Assembly (NCBI GenBank): GCA_053919585.1
Contig: CM132784.1
Direction: 5' to 3' (one strand)
DNA: 64,000 bases
From: Euprymna scolopes
Lineage: Eukaryota
Shown: in pieces, positions 25,907 through 38,994 of the stretch
Layout of the letters: the number at the start of each line of letters is the position of its first letter
Numbering within the stretch: the stretch's first letter is position 1
The notes under the pieces: generated by a model
What the model was told of the DNA's origin: nothing
Seen by the model: the letters and a program-made list of their open reading frames with translations, nothing else
Database searches by the model: none
Translations under genes and position numbers: made by a program

Positions 25907-26289
25907 GTTATCTGAATTGATTTTCTCGATAAAAGTTGTTAAAATAAAACTGTAGTTTTTGTTTTCTCTAAAGTAAAACTGTTATTGTTTCATGCTGTGG
26001 TTACAAATTTAAAGAAAATTTCATTCACGTCTTGTTATAACCTGGATCGCTAGAGAGCGGCGGATCTTCAATCTTGCTCGTTGAACATTGTGTCACTTAA
26101 AGACATGATAGAAGACTCTTATCGCTCTTGGGATTTGTACACAACTTACCAATTAGTAGATGGCATGCAACAAAAAAAGAAAATCGGTTTTCATCAAACG
26201 GAAATGGAATCATGTTGTCTTTTCTAGTGCGACAATTTTATCGTTCCAGCGTCTTTTTTCTATGAAATCATTTGTTCTAAATACTACGT

Positions 26290-26590
26290 ACTCTCTGAAT
26301 AAACGGTATCTCATAATCACGTTAACACAGCAAAACTTACTAGCGTTGAGCCTGGTCTGTGTCAGATGGGGGAACAATTTGAGAATATCGGATGCTATAT
26401 GTAGGAGGACGTCGACATCTCCCTGCAACAATGGCAAAACGAAACATTACTATTTCCTCTGCGTATATATGCAACTGGAGACCGTTTGTAAATTTAATGT
26501 TCGCTAGAAATTTCCTCCTTCGTAAGGTGCCGGCATAACCGAGGCCACCGAGAGTAAGTACAGGCCAATGAACATGACACCGTGACATAA
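26290..26590 (-). mobile_element. Highly decayed LINE RT fragment
   Basis: GLQLHIYAEEIVMF (YADD-like), followed in another frame by LNASKF, matching RT domain order. Confidence 0.4.
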
Positions 26591-27282
26591 TTACCAGCTC
26601 ATCATGTAGGTATACGGTGCCTAAAGTTTCTTGCGTTCAACCACGTGACCACTCTAATAGCCATAAAAAGTATTTTTCGTTGCCCCTTGTGGTAATTTAA
26701 ACGTTTTTTCTTTCTAAAGAGAAATAACAATTCTTCATTTCGATGATTATACATTCATTTGGGTAATTTTAATCTAACAAATTATAACAGTAAGTGAATC
26801 TGTTTTTGAAATGTTCTTACATGTCTATCGAAGGAAATTGAATATTTCATTTTAGTATTTTTTTTAAACTGCAAAACAAACAACTTTTATATGATATTAT
26901 TTTTCAGTCCGTTCTTTTAATAATAAATAAAATTTTCATTGAGTATTTCCAAATATTTTAAAGTTTGAAGCATTTTTCACGACAGTTCTTTTTTTTTTAA
27001 CGAAGACGGTCGATGAATTCACCAGGCGTAATTTATTTCTTTGAAATATATTTAAAACTTAAAGTTTGTTTGTTTTATAACAGTTCAACTGTAAATAATT
27101 TACATGACTGAAATGGGAAATGAAATAGGAAATTCCATCTTTATCGAGACATAACGAACACAAATTCATCTTAAAAATTCATTAACTAATCATTTTTAAT
27201 TAAAGTTTTGATATGAACTAAAAAGAAAGAGTACATACAATTTTAGTTAACATATTTTCTTGTGTTTTATCTTATAAATAAA

Positions 27283-27367
27283 TGGGTACTTCATGGGAAA
27301 CGTGGGCCCTGCGTAAACGATATTGTTATTCAATGATTGCTCCCTGAAAGGGTTTTCTTTTCCTTTC

Positions 27368-27449
<82 letters not shown>

Positions 27450-27777
27450 TTTTTCTAATCGTTTGTGTGTTTCATTTTTGGATATATTTTTTCGTTTTTT
27501 AGGGGTAAATTTGATTCATACTTTTATTTCGTGCTTGTTTTTATTTTATTTCATTTTATTTTTTTTATTATTTTCTTTACTAAAGATTTTTATTTTTTTT
27601 ATCAAATTATTTTTTCATGCATATTCAAATAATGCCCCCCAGCTTTTTACCTGAGATAGTACCTGCAAAAAAGTTTTCGTGATTAAATAAACCAAAGAAA
27701 ACATTTTGCCCATGAGTAATCATTAAATAAAAACACCGTTTATGCAGGGCCCACGTTCCCCGTAAAGTACGAGTAAA
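27283..27777. mobile_element. MITE-like element with about 50-bp imperfect TIRs
   Basis: GTACTTCATGGGAAACGTGGGCCCTGCGTAAACG pairs with CGTTTATGCAGGGCCCACGTTCCCCGTAAAGTAC. Confidence 0.7.
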
Positions 27778-27989
27778 TGTTCTACGTGCCCTGCTAAAAT
27801 AACGTTATTATTTGAAAGTCATTATTAACAGTGGGATATTTCTAACTATCCCGCATTTTCAACTAACAATTTAATGAAAAAAATGATACCATAAAAATTA
27901 TTAATATTATTATTAATATTATTATTATTATTATTATTATTATAATAACAACAACAACAATGATAAAAAAATGGTGTAGATGGCATCGA

Positions 27990-28337
27990 CCGGCGCCATA
28001 TTAACTAGTTGTGAAGGCTCAGGGAGGGTGGAAAGACCAAGGTAGGAGGTAAGAAAGTACTAACCAGATCTCCACTGGAAGTGTGCAGTTCAAATCAGGT
28101 TCCTGAGTCGATATTTTGTCACCAAACCCCCAGGAAACACCAATTGTTGATGCCAACGAGAAATCAATAGCAAAAGGCTGTTGTGATAACGTGCAGTAAT
28201 ATGCACGAGTACTCAAGAGGTGGAAAACATTGGAAATCTAAGGAGACTAGTTGTCACGCGGTCTTTAGCTAATACGGCAGATGACTGCCAGTGAGCGATC
28301 ACTGATGATCGCATGTGAGACAACTCCGAGTGAGAGA

Positions 28338-28369
<32 letters not shown>

Positions 28370-28376
28370 TAATAAT
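27990..28376 (+). mobile_element. Probable 3' end of a (TAA)n-associated R4/Dong-like LINE
   Basis: GC-richer block ending in (AAT)n, with (ATT)/(AAC) repeats upstream; Dong elements are known to target TAA repeats. No protein motif readable. Confidence 0.35.
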
Positions 28377-29638
28377 GTCCCCTCTCAAATTTACCACTAT
28401 CCTGGTTTAATATCGTACATGTTTACTATATTTTCTTTCTTTTTTTAACCAATATTCACATTATAGTATGATTGTCTTTTAGTAGTTATGTGAACTTCAT
28501 TTCCGTATTTATATCTTCTGCACTGATATAAAAATGAAGACTATAGCGGAGTACAGGTTTCCTAACCATGTAACTGATGAAAATATTCTACACATTTTGA
28601 TGAAAAACATGGGAAAAAATGAACATAGAAGAACAGAAAACCAAAACTTTAAATGTAATTTCTGTATTAAAAGTAATAGTTATTTAAATATTTTAACATA
28701 TAATCTTGTGGGGAAAATCCACCTCCCCAATATGGGGCACTCTGGATAGGAACAAAAATAAAAATTGCCTCAGTCATGAAGGATTTCTCCTCTACCGGCT
28801 TAGGACAGAAAAGGTGAATTGTAGCATCAGAACAGGTCCTACTACATTGTGATCTTGTCCCGAAGGCCAAGAATTGCTTGTGTTTTATGTTTCTTTAATT
28901 GTTTGTTCCCTAAATTCATAATTCAGTTTTATCAGTATGAGATTGTATATTGCTTTAAAAATTACGTAATTTTACATCGATAATATTTATATTTTAGTAA
29001 TTGTCTGTATTTTTACAACACAATTTATATTTTCATTATTAATCGAATTGGGTGCCTTTATTTTCTTTTTTAACATGTTTTAATGCTCTTTTTTAAATGT
29101 CGTAATATAGTATCAACAGTTCGACAAATCTTACCTACATTGCCTGCAGGCCTTTTTCAGTTAACAGGCCTTCTATATCTCGGTGGCCGTGCCATAACCC
29201 GCTTGGTGTGAATGCCACTTTTTTTTCGTGTTTTTGCTTGTTTCTGAACTAAATAATTAAAATGATTCAAAATTCATTTCAGCCTGACTATTCCTAACAA
29301 GAATGAAACGGAAAAGCTTCTGTGTAGTTTAATTGCCATGCATATTTTCATAAATTACTCCCTAGCAATTAAACTTTTAGTTAATCTTACACTATTGTCC
29401 TGTAAATATGAATCACTTCACTTTTTTATTTTTGTATAATTAATATAGAATTTCTTGTCTCATTAAGATACATTAGGATACTAAAGTTAGAAAATTGAAA
29501 TTTACTTAACATATATATACATATAATGTATATATGTGTGTATATAAGTTAAATTATCTAAACAGAAACAGTTGTGCATATGTATTGAGCAATATTAAAT
29601 GTATTGTTTTTAATAGATTTTGACTTATTTAGTTTATA

Positions 29639-29690
<52 letters not shown>

Positions 29691-29691
<1 letters not shown>

Positions 29692-30168
29692 TAGCAAAAG
29701 TACCCATCATTGACTGGGTTCTCAAACAGCCTACAGAAAATGGATTCTGATTTATGAAAGTATGATAGGTTATGAAAAGGAAAGGTTGTAAAGAGATATC
29801 TTCGAATTTTGGGGTATGAAAACCAAAGCAAAATATGATGAAATTAAAAAATAAAATAGGTAAATCCCATAATTTATTATACCATACCTGTTTAAGTTAA
29901 AACATACTTATCAAAGTATTCCTATGTATATCTATATCAAAAACACTTGTAAACGTTTTTTTTTTATTTCCATACTTTGTGGACCAGGCGCGAACGCAGA
30001 CCCCACAATTTTAATGAACCACCGTTCTGCAGGATTAAACATACCCATTCCTGTTTCTCGATACATCTTCTATCATTATATGTAATCAGTTTTGTAAAAT
30101 AGTCAACCATATAGGAGCCTATTCGTGACCAGACACACACACAGACATTCAGCTTTATATATATATAT

Positions 30169-30171
<3 letters not shown>
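29691..30171 (-). mobile_element. Helitron-like family C, copy with fewer internal repeats
   Basis: Near-identical to both ends of 19716-20500; 5' TC at 30171 and 3' CTAG at 29691. Confidence 0.8.
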
Positions 30172-30209
<38 letters not shown>

Positions 30210-30844
30210 TGTTGATAAGAAAAATTGTCCAGATTACTTAATTATCTTGATAAGCGACAGTATACGTATTTGTTGATATATGTCAAAAGATTCCAATAGT
30301 TTTAATAGCTTTAGTCTGAACTGAGGAATCATTGATAAGTGTCGTAAGATACGAAACCATCTACCGATATTACTTCCCATTATGTTGTGAGGCTGTATAT
30401 AAAACGTTGCCACTAAGAATATAGCAATGTTATCGTTCCGTTGGGAATACTTAACGATAACAGCCAAAAATTACTGTTCCTTTTCTTGTTCTCCGTTTTG
30501 GTCTTACTTTCTCTCCAAATCTCGTGTGAATCTTTATTTAACATTGTCGTAAATCATTAGTTTTTTTTTAAGCTACAAATGCAGAAACTAACAATACGTG
30601 CAGCTTAAATACGTTTTATCTATTGGTGGAAATGATGCAGACATTTTTCTTCTTCACGTATTCTGTTGAGGGGGAATCTCCGTGTGTTTTACATATTTTC
30701 ACTTTTCTTTCTCTTGTAGATACGTTCTCTTATATGTCGGTGAACCAGTCTGTGCAATGAAATTTGGAATAGACTGTTTATCGATAAACGCACAAAAAAT
30801 AACTGCTTTATTTTTTAAGAGCGCTCAAACATAAAATTTCCTGC

Positions 30845-31470
30845 GTGTCTGTTAGTTTGCCTCGAATAAGTTTGAAAGATATTTTTCATCGGTCTATCAC
30901 GTTTAATTTTGAAATAGCATTTTAATTAGTCTGTCATGCTTAAGTTTAGATATAAAATTTTCGTCCGTATGTAACGTTTAAGTTTGAAAAAGCAACCCTC
31001 TTTGCATGTAAGACTAAGGTATTAAATAGGGGTGTTATTGCCCAGGCAATCTTAAGTTTGAAATAGTATTTTGGTTGGTTTATCAAGCTTAAGTTTGAAA
31101 TACAATTTTCGTTTAAAATATTATTTACTTTGGTCTGTCATGTTAAAGTTTGAAATAGCATGTTCGTTGAATTGCCATTTTTAAATTTCAAGTATCATTT
31201 TCATTGTCTAGAATGTATATCTGAAATATAATTTTTGTTGGTCTATCAAGCATACGTTTGAAATAACATTTTGGTTTATCTGTCATGTTTAAGTTTGAAA
31301 TGGTATTTCCGTTGGTGTCTCATACTTAAGTTTGAAATAGCATTTTCGTTCGTTTGCCATGTTTAAGTTTAAAATAGAATTGTCGTTGTCTGTCACGTCC
31401 TGGGAGAGAATTTTTTGTCGGTCTACAATGCCTAAGTTTTAAATAGCATATTCGTGAATGAATCACGCTT
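30845..31470. repeat. Degenerate minisatellite, unit about 38-41 bp
   Basis: TTAAGTTTGAAATAGCATTTTCGTTGGTCTGTCATG recurs; inverted remnants at about 57925-58135. Confidence 0.85.
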
Positions 31471-31870
31471 AATTTTTCATCGTTAAACATTGAATGGACT
31501 CGTCTGGGGATTATCCGTTTCATTTTTTTATATCCTCTGCAGATCCCATTGTGTATAAACTGTATTTTTATATCGATTGTAATTAGAAAATTGCCTTTCA
31601 GATCGATTAACCGTGAAAACAAAAGTATAATACAAAAAGAAAAAGAAAACACGAATCAATTGTTTTCCAAGAATCCCAGTACATTATATATATTATACGT
31701 ATTATAAATATTTATTCATTCTAAAACTCACAATGAATTATGCGGTGCCTGAAGTTATTATCAAGAGGGACCTTATTTATAACCGTTCGCAACTATACGC
31801 ATTATTCATTCCCACAATCAAACTAAACGTGTATTATTAAGTTCGCATACATTATCGTAATTTAATAGTA

Positions 31871-31928
<58 letters not shown>

Positions 31929-31941
31929 AACATTGTACTTC

Positions 31942-33462
31942 TTTTTTTTACATAGAAGTCACCACTTATCAAGGCCCGAAAGCCACTCGGGGATAAGGGT
32001 TATTGCGTGTAGAGTAATCAATAGGATAGTATTGTAGTAATCGTTAGTATTGGAGATTTGATAAAGTGTCTTACTTAAGGGGGCGGGTCATCAGGAATTT
32101 CCTTATGTTTGACTTGATGACATCTAAGTTGTAGTCAGGTGGGAAACAGGCAAACGGAAGAGAGTTCCACGGGCGTGCACTTCTAAGAAAGAAGCTTTGT
32201 TCATGGAATCTACGTTTGGTTTTTGGCACAGTTAAAGAGTGGGGAAATTATTGATAGTGTTTTCAGCCAAACAAGAGTTTCTCGTGAATGTTTGGTGAGG
32301 GGGAGGGGCAGCTAGACGGGTGTTTATCGTGAAGGATTGGCGAGGGGGGGAGACCAGAGATTGCAGTTCAGACGAGCACTTGCAATGGAAATAACGATAA
32401 AACAAAGGCAGGCTCGCAACGTCTCTTTTGGGGGAGAGATGTTGCAGGGAAGAGAAAAGAGCATCCCCCACTAAGCCACGAAGTCTATTTTGTACTGTCA
32501 AGGCAGGAAAGGCTGTTTTTAGCAGCTCCTGCCCAGATGTGGCAGCAGTACTCCATCCTTGGACGTACTTGGCTTTTATATAGATAGAGAATTGCATCAG
32601 CAATGAGATATCTTCTAGAGTGGTAGAAGGATCCTACCATTTTTCCAGCGATCTTGGCACCAGACTTGATGTACGTGTTCCATTTCAGGTCAGGAGTAAA
32701 GATAAATCCCAGAAGCTTATCAAAACATGGAGCCTTCCCTAGACGAGAGCTATCCATTTCAATTGATGCCATATGGGTATCAGAGCGTTGATGATGTAAA
32801 GATAGGAGCTTGGTTTTAGATACATTAAAAGTAACCAGCCACCTCTTCCCCCACTGTACCGTGCGCTCAAGATCAGAGGAGAGAGAATGAGAGAGAACTT
32901 TGTCATTTACGGCCTTTAATGTGTTGCCATAGATGGTCGTGTCATCAGCATAGATGTCAACGAATTATTTAAGTATATGTTTTGGGAGAATTGATGTAGA
33001 TCAGGAAGAGAGTTGGGCCCAGGATGGACCCCTGAGGGACTCCAGCATTAATACTTCGGGCCTCTCATTTCTTCCCATCAACCACTACTCTTATGAGCCT
33101 ATCAGAGAGAAATGATTTAATGATTTAGAAAGCATTTCCAGTTATACCGTGGCTGGAAATCTTGTGAAGTAGACCCTTGTACCATACCTTATCGAAGGCC
33201 TTTGATATGTCAAGAGCAATTGGCCTAGAGAGGACGCCTTTGTCAAGAGATTCACTAATCATATGAGATATAACGGGTAACACATCTGCTGTAGATCTGG
33301 CAGAACGGAAACCATATTGCATGTTAGTAAGAAGGTTATTTCTGCTGAGGTGGTTCACTATTTAATATGGATTCCAACAATTTTCTCATGACACACAGGA
33401 GACATTAGTCTGTACTGAAAGAGAGATGACTTATGACCTGAATTATTAAATAGAGGGCATCT
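31942..33462 (-). mobile_element. 5'-truncated, degraded CR1-group LINE (family 2)
   Basis: [67 protein letters not shown]. Confidence 0.93.
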
Positions 33463-33466
33463 TTCT

Positions 33467-33519
<53 letters not shown>

Positions 33520-34009
33520 TTCTATGTATAACAGACAATATTGTACGGAGATATACTATATTATGTATGGATTTGGAGTATTTATTTTAACAGTGCTCAA
33601 TGAGTAAGTAGACCTAGGTAATAAAGTATAAAATATAATAATAGCAACTAAGCTAGATAGAGGCGTACGTGTTTTATTTCTATAACCGTGTGTATGTGTA
33701 TAAGTTAGTGNNNNNNNNNNNNNNNNNNNNNNNNNNNNNNNNNNNNNNNNNNNNNNNNNNNNNNNNNNNNNNNNNNNNNNNNNNNNNNNNNNNNNNNNNN
33801 NNNNNNNNNNNNNNNNNNNNNNNNNNNNNNNNNNNNNNNNNNNNNNNNNNNNNNNNNNNNNNNNNNNNNNNNNNNNNNNNNNNNNNNNNNNNNNNNNNNN
33901 NNNNNNNNNNNNNNNNNNNNNGATATCCAAAAAATTAAGAATAATTTAATTGAATTTCAACAAAGGTCGTTGATAGTGCTCAATCAAAGCGAGCAAATTG
34001 TATTTTTTT

Positions 34010-34086
34010 TTATTTTTCTTTATGTAAATACAGTCATATTTTGCCACGATGTTCAGACCGTTTCGATCATAATTGATCTCATCAGA
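34010..34086 (-). mobile_element. Penelope-type terminal repeat fragment with HHR core
   Basis: CTGATGA-GATCA(ATTA)TGATC-GAAACGGTC on the minus strand; the 5' strand of stem I appears lost. Confidence 0.6.
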
Positions 34087-35269
34087 TGTAATGAATATGA
34101 TTACATGCGGGTTCCTCCTCAAAAGAATAGGATTGGTTGGTGTACGGACGACTTACATTTGCTTGAAACTTACTTCGCCAAGAATTTTGCTCTAGTAAAT
34201 CACTGAATTGGAAATTTATTTTCATTCCATCCTCGACTTTAAAACAGCTACCGAACTCATTGCCAATAATATAAAACATATCATGAGACCATGTCACATT
34301 GTTGCTGTTAAACTAAGTGTCATATTGCCTACAGACGCAACCACGTGACCATCCATCAGATTGATCAAAGTGGGCCTAAACTCGTCTATTAACAGGACTT
34401 ACTTGTAAACAATTGTTATATATTTATTAGCTCAATGAATTTGATTTTTTTATGTTTCTTAGTTAATATATGTTTGTTAACTTGAAGTTAATATATGTTT
34501 GTTAACTTGAAGTTAATATATGTTTGTTAACTTGAATCTTGACATCAGCAAGTTTTTAAATTATTTGCGTCTTGTTTTTCTTGAACATATACGAGCTGTT
34601 GGGGTCGGAAATATGAAAGGTATTACTAGCATTTTGATTTTTAATGATTTCTCTTCAAATATGTGGCAGATCTATATTTGTTGGAGTTTTGAATTCCGCT
34701 TCAAACCATCTCATCTCAGTTGTATTACTTCATCCATTGTTCGATGATCTCCTTTTTTAGATCCTTTTAAATTTGTAGCGAAAATTACCATTTACTTAAA
34801 GTAATTCTTTTAATCATTGGTTAGTTCTTCTTTCACGAATCATTAAGCCTTATTTTAGAACTTACAAATAATCTACTGACACTTACCAAATGCAATAATT
34901 ACAAAAGTTTGTTAAATTTCTGGCTGCTGTCTTGCGAATTTATTGAGTTAACAGTTGACCTGATTTTAGCACGTGCTTCACTTGGATAATTCATTTTCGA
35001 TTTATTCTGTTAATTCGTTCAGCATTTGGTGACTTTTTTATTTTTAATTTACATTATTTTTATTTTTATTTATATACATATAACAATTTTACACACTCAC
35101 ACGCACACACATACACACATATATATGTAGACATTTCACACCAACATCTTGTAATGGACTCTGATCAAAATTAAAATAACGAATAAAAACATAAGATTTT
35201 GTATTATTATATGCTGACTTTTATCTTTGTTAGCGGACATAAAATAAGTGCCAACTTTCTACTTGAATA

Positions 35270-35855
35270 TGACAAAAAGGAGATCAGCACATTATTTTGC
35301 GTAAAATACTAATTATCCCGTTAAATATCGTTACTGCTTGAATTTCAGCACCCGAAAACTCTTTCTTTATATATCCACGGCCACTCAAATTCACGTAATC
35401 TCATTCTCACTGGGACTTAATACTCGGATATTTTGCCCTGACACGGGTTCAAGGTGTTCTTATGTGCCAGTGAAAGTATCTGGTTCTCAAAAAAAAAAAA
35501 AAACAGAACCAGATACCTTCATTGGCACATAAGCTTTATTAAATCGCCTAACGAGGACTTTTGATTTTTGCCAACTAATTGTCCTAAACATGAGCATGTT
35601 CAGTGTAGCGACTATGTAATATTTTCTATATAAATAAAAATATTATATGTATGTATGTCTGTATGACAAAAGGGAGATCAGCACATTATTTTGCGTAAAG
35701 TACTAATTATCCCGTTAAATATCGTTACTGCTTAAATTTCAGCACCCGAAAACTCTTTCTTTATATATCCACGGCCACTCAAATTTACGTAATCTCATTC
35801 TCACTGGCACTTAATACTCGGATATTTTGCTCTGACACGGGTTCCAAGATGTTCT
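35270..35855. repeat. About 190-bp direct repeat flanking a poly(A)-looped hairpin
   Basis: 35270-35460 nearly equals 35663-35855; 29-bp inverted arms at 35459-35487 and 35505-35533. Confidence 0.9.
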
Positions 35856-36060
35856 TTACTGTCGTTTTTTTCTGAAAGGACTCTGTTCGTTATTTTACGG
35901 AAATGCGTGCGCGATTCGGAGTGCAATAAAAACTTTCTAGCCCAGTGATTAGTGCATCGAACTTCGATTACTGGTGTTCCAGTTCAAAAATACGCTTTAT
36001 ACCACACGCATATTCACTAATAGTAATCCACGCATATGCACACTTAAGTATGCGTGCTGG
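35625..36060 (+). mobile_element. Candidate non-autonomous Helitron
   Basis: 5' TCTATATAAATAAAAA..(GTAT)n; 3' hairpin CACGCATA..TATGCGTG then CTGG|T. Confidence 0.4.
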
Positions 36061-37729
36061 TCAAGCACTTACCGATGAAAGCTACTCGACAAAAACAAAT
36101 GTGAGATTCCGATTTCTTGTTAAGTAAGTAATAGAAATCAAACTGAATTATGAAAGCGATTTTTCAATAAAACGATTCTTATGATAAAAATTGTTTTTAA
36201 CGGCGTAAACATATTTTCGTAAATATTTATCTCTTTCTAAAGAGTATCAAAACAGGACCTTCTTAAGATGCGTCCATTCAATCTACTCGTTTAACGTTGA
36301 GAATGTTACTTTAAAGTTAAGTGTGACAGATCTGCAGACGAAAAGACAAACCCAAAAAGTCCTTTATATAGACAGATGTACGCATTACATGAATTACGAA
36401 GTTTGACATTGAATTCGCTGATTTAATCTCCGCGTTTTTGTTAAAAAAAAACATCGATCAGGACAAGGTATGAATCCACTTGCTTTAAGGAGCTAAAAAG
36501 TAACACTTTAATGTAAAAAAATAGTTAACAGTAAATGTTGTATGGATATGCTCAACTATGAAAATGATCATAGAATGTAATCATTCATTTAGTCTTATGA
36601 TTTATTGCAATAATGAAACAAATATTTCTGTGAAACTAACTTGCCATAAGTATATTGTATATCTCACATAATAAAATCGTATCCCTATCGTTTTGTTTGT
36701 TCACCGTTTGGTTAATTTATGCAAAAGGTACAAAAATCGATCTTAATATAAAAACCGAATTTAATTTCAAAATGATTTATTTTATATATAATATTTCGTA
36801 ATAGGAAATCTACATTCATGAAGCGTATGATTTGCATATTACATTAAATAAAATCTATTTTAATAATTAGCTCTAAATTTCTTAATAGTTATTACTAATA
36901 GAATTGTCTAAATTATTATATTTGGATATATTATTTAAAGTATTTTTCATTTAATTTACATTTAATTTCATTTATTTTTAATTATTATTAACCGACATCA
37001 GCTGCATTTCAAAACTGAAGTATTTTTTATTCAAGCTATGAGAGTTATTTCCCTTTAGTCTATGAGATTTTATTTCCCGTTGACATCTCATAGATAAATA
37101 TACATGCGTTTTATACCTCAAAAAATCCAAAATGTGGTTAACTTTCTGGAAACTCGTAACAAGTTAGGATATTCAGTATATCTTAAATAGTATGTGACTA
37201 AACACTCCAGCTGGCTATATGATTCGACCTGGTAACATGATACAATGAAGATTCTAGATTATTTTTGTCATCTAAGTGACTGGGACGGAAGCAGTATGTG
37301 TATACGCGCGTGCGTGTGTGTTTGTTTGTGAAAATCTGCGTTTTTTGCATATGTTCTCTATTCTTCATGCATATGAATTCTTTTGAAGCAGGAGCTCGAT
37401 GTTTGTAAGAATATAACAGCAGAGGTTTTTTTACAAGACAAGATGGCGGCACATAGTAAATAGCGATTAAATAGTTTTTTAGACCACGACTGGAAATGGA
37501 TTCGAGATAAGTTTGTTTATTTATTCATTGTATCTGTTATAAAGCTATGCATATTTTGCTTTGAGAATTTTTTTTTCTTTGATGTTCCATGAAGAAAATA
37601 TCCAGCAATTACTTAATTACTTGAAAACGAAACAGATTTCTAAATGTACCGACATTTTTGTTTTGAAAAAGATAATCGATTAGATAAATAAAATCCTAGA
37701 CTTTGGAATCTATCTAACAATATAAAAAG

Positions 37730-37798
<69 letters not shown>

Positions 37799-37800
<2 letters not shown>

Positions 37801-37868
37801 GGATGACCCAAAGAAAACGGGCCCCAACTCTTATTAATAAAGTGTACACGGGGCCCGTTTTTTTTTTG
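37799..37868. mobile_element. Tc1/mariner-type mini-MITE, cut by gap
   Basis: CAGGATGACCCAAAGAAAACGGGCCCC pairs with GGGGCCCGTTTTTTTTTG; same terminus type as 59325-59541. Confidence 0.55.
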
Positions 37869-38011
37869 NNNNNNNNNNNNNNNNNNNNNNNNNNNNNNNN
37901 NNNNNNNNNNNNNNNNNNNNNNNNNNNNNNNNNNNNNNNNNNNNNNNNNNNNNNNNNNNNNNNNNNNNNNNNNNNNNNNNNNNNNNNNNNNNNNNNNNNN
38001 NNNNNNNNNNN

Positions 38012-38318
38012 AGCCGTGGTGAACGCAACCTTTCTAGGAGAAGCAAATCTCTGATTTAAAAAACCATAAAGCGGGAGACCAATACCCGCATTAAGCTGGG
38101 CTGCAGTTTAACTTGTCGTTGGCTATCTTACTCTTGCTTGTTGCTGGATCTCAACATTTTGAACCGAGAGAGAGAGAGACTTAGCTGTCGTACAAAGCTA
38201 AGACTCTGTAACATCAGCTGTGTATAGATACTCCCTCAGGCATTTGTCTATTAAAATGGTCCTGTGGCGATGGAAGTCATTTTTAGGCTCATGTCTGAGG
38301 GAGTGGCACTCGTCTGAC
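38012..38318 (+). mobile_element. Structured segment resembling an RTE-clade 5' UTR
   Basis: GCAACC..TCTAGGAGAAGCAAATCTCTGATTT resembles an RTE 5' motif from memory; three hairpins; bounded by gaps on both sides. Confidence 0.4.
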
Positions 38319-38994
38319 NNNNNNNNNNNNNNNNNNNNNNNNNNNNNNNNNNNNNNNNNNNNNNNNNNNNNNNNNNNNNNNNNNNNNNNNNNNNNNNNNN
38401 NNNNNNNNNNNNNNNNNNNNNNNNNNNNNNNNNNNNNNNNNNNNNNNNNNNNNNNNNNNNNNNNNNNNNNNNNNNNNNNNNNNNNNNNNNNNNNNNNNNN
38501 NNNNNNNNNNNNNNNNNNNCCCATCATACTTCGGGAAAAATAAACGCTTATACAATACATTCATCCATCCGATGTATATACAAAAATAAAAAATAAAAAA
38601 TATAAAAGGTATTACAAAACAGAAGCTTTCTGTTGTCTTTAACAATGTCCGTTTAAATGTATATATGCATATGTATATATGTATGTATGCATTATATATA
38701 TATATATGCATACATATAAATATATATAAAGAAAGTTGTAGACAAGATAAAGTAAATATACGTATATATGAATTTAAATTTTAAGTTAAATACTGAAGAA
38801 ACTTTATTCAGAAAAGAGACTATAAATGTTTTTAATATCGAGACATTTTCATGCTTAATGGTTCTCATCAGAATAGGAGAAAAGCGATTCCATACAAATA
38901 TGTGTAAATGTTGCATCTAGCTTATGTTAAATTGGGAAGGAGATGTTAGATAGTAAAAATGAAGATTGCATAAAAACAAAAAAATAAAATTGAA

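Noticed and set aside
27337-27654. ORFs with IYIYIY or VCVCVC runs (also near 17.6, 53.0, 55.7, 59.5 and 61.5 kb)
   Set aside because: Translations of (TA)n and (TG)n microsatellites.
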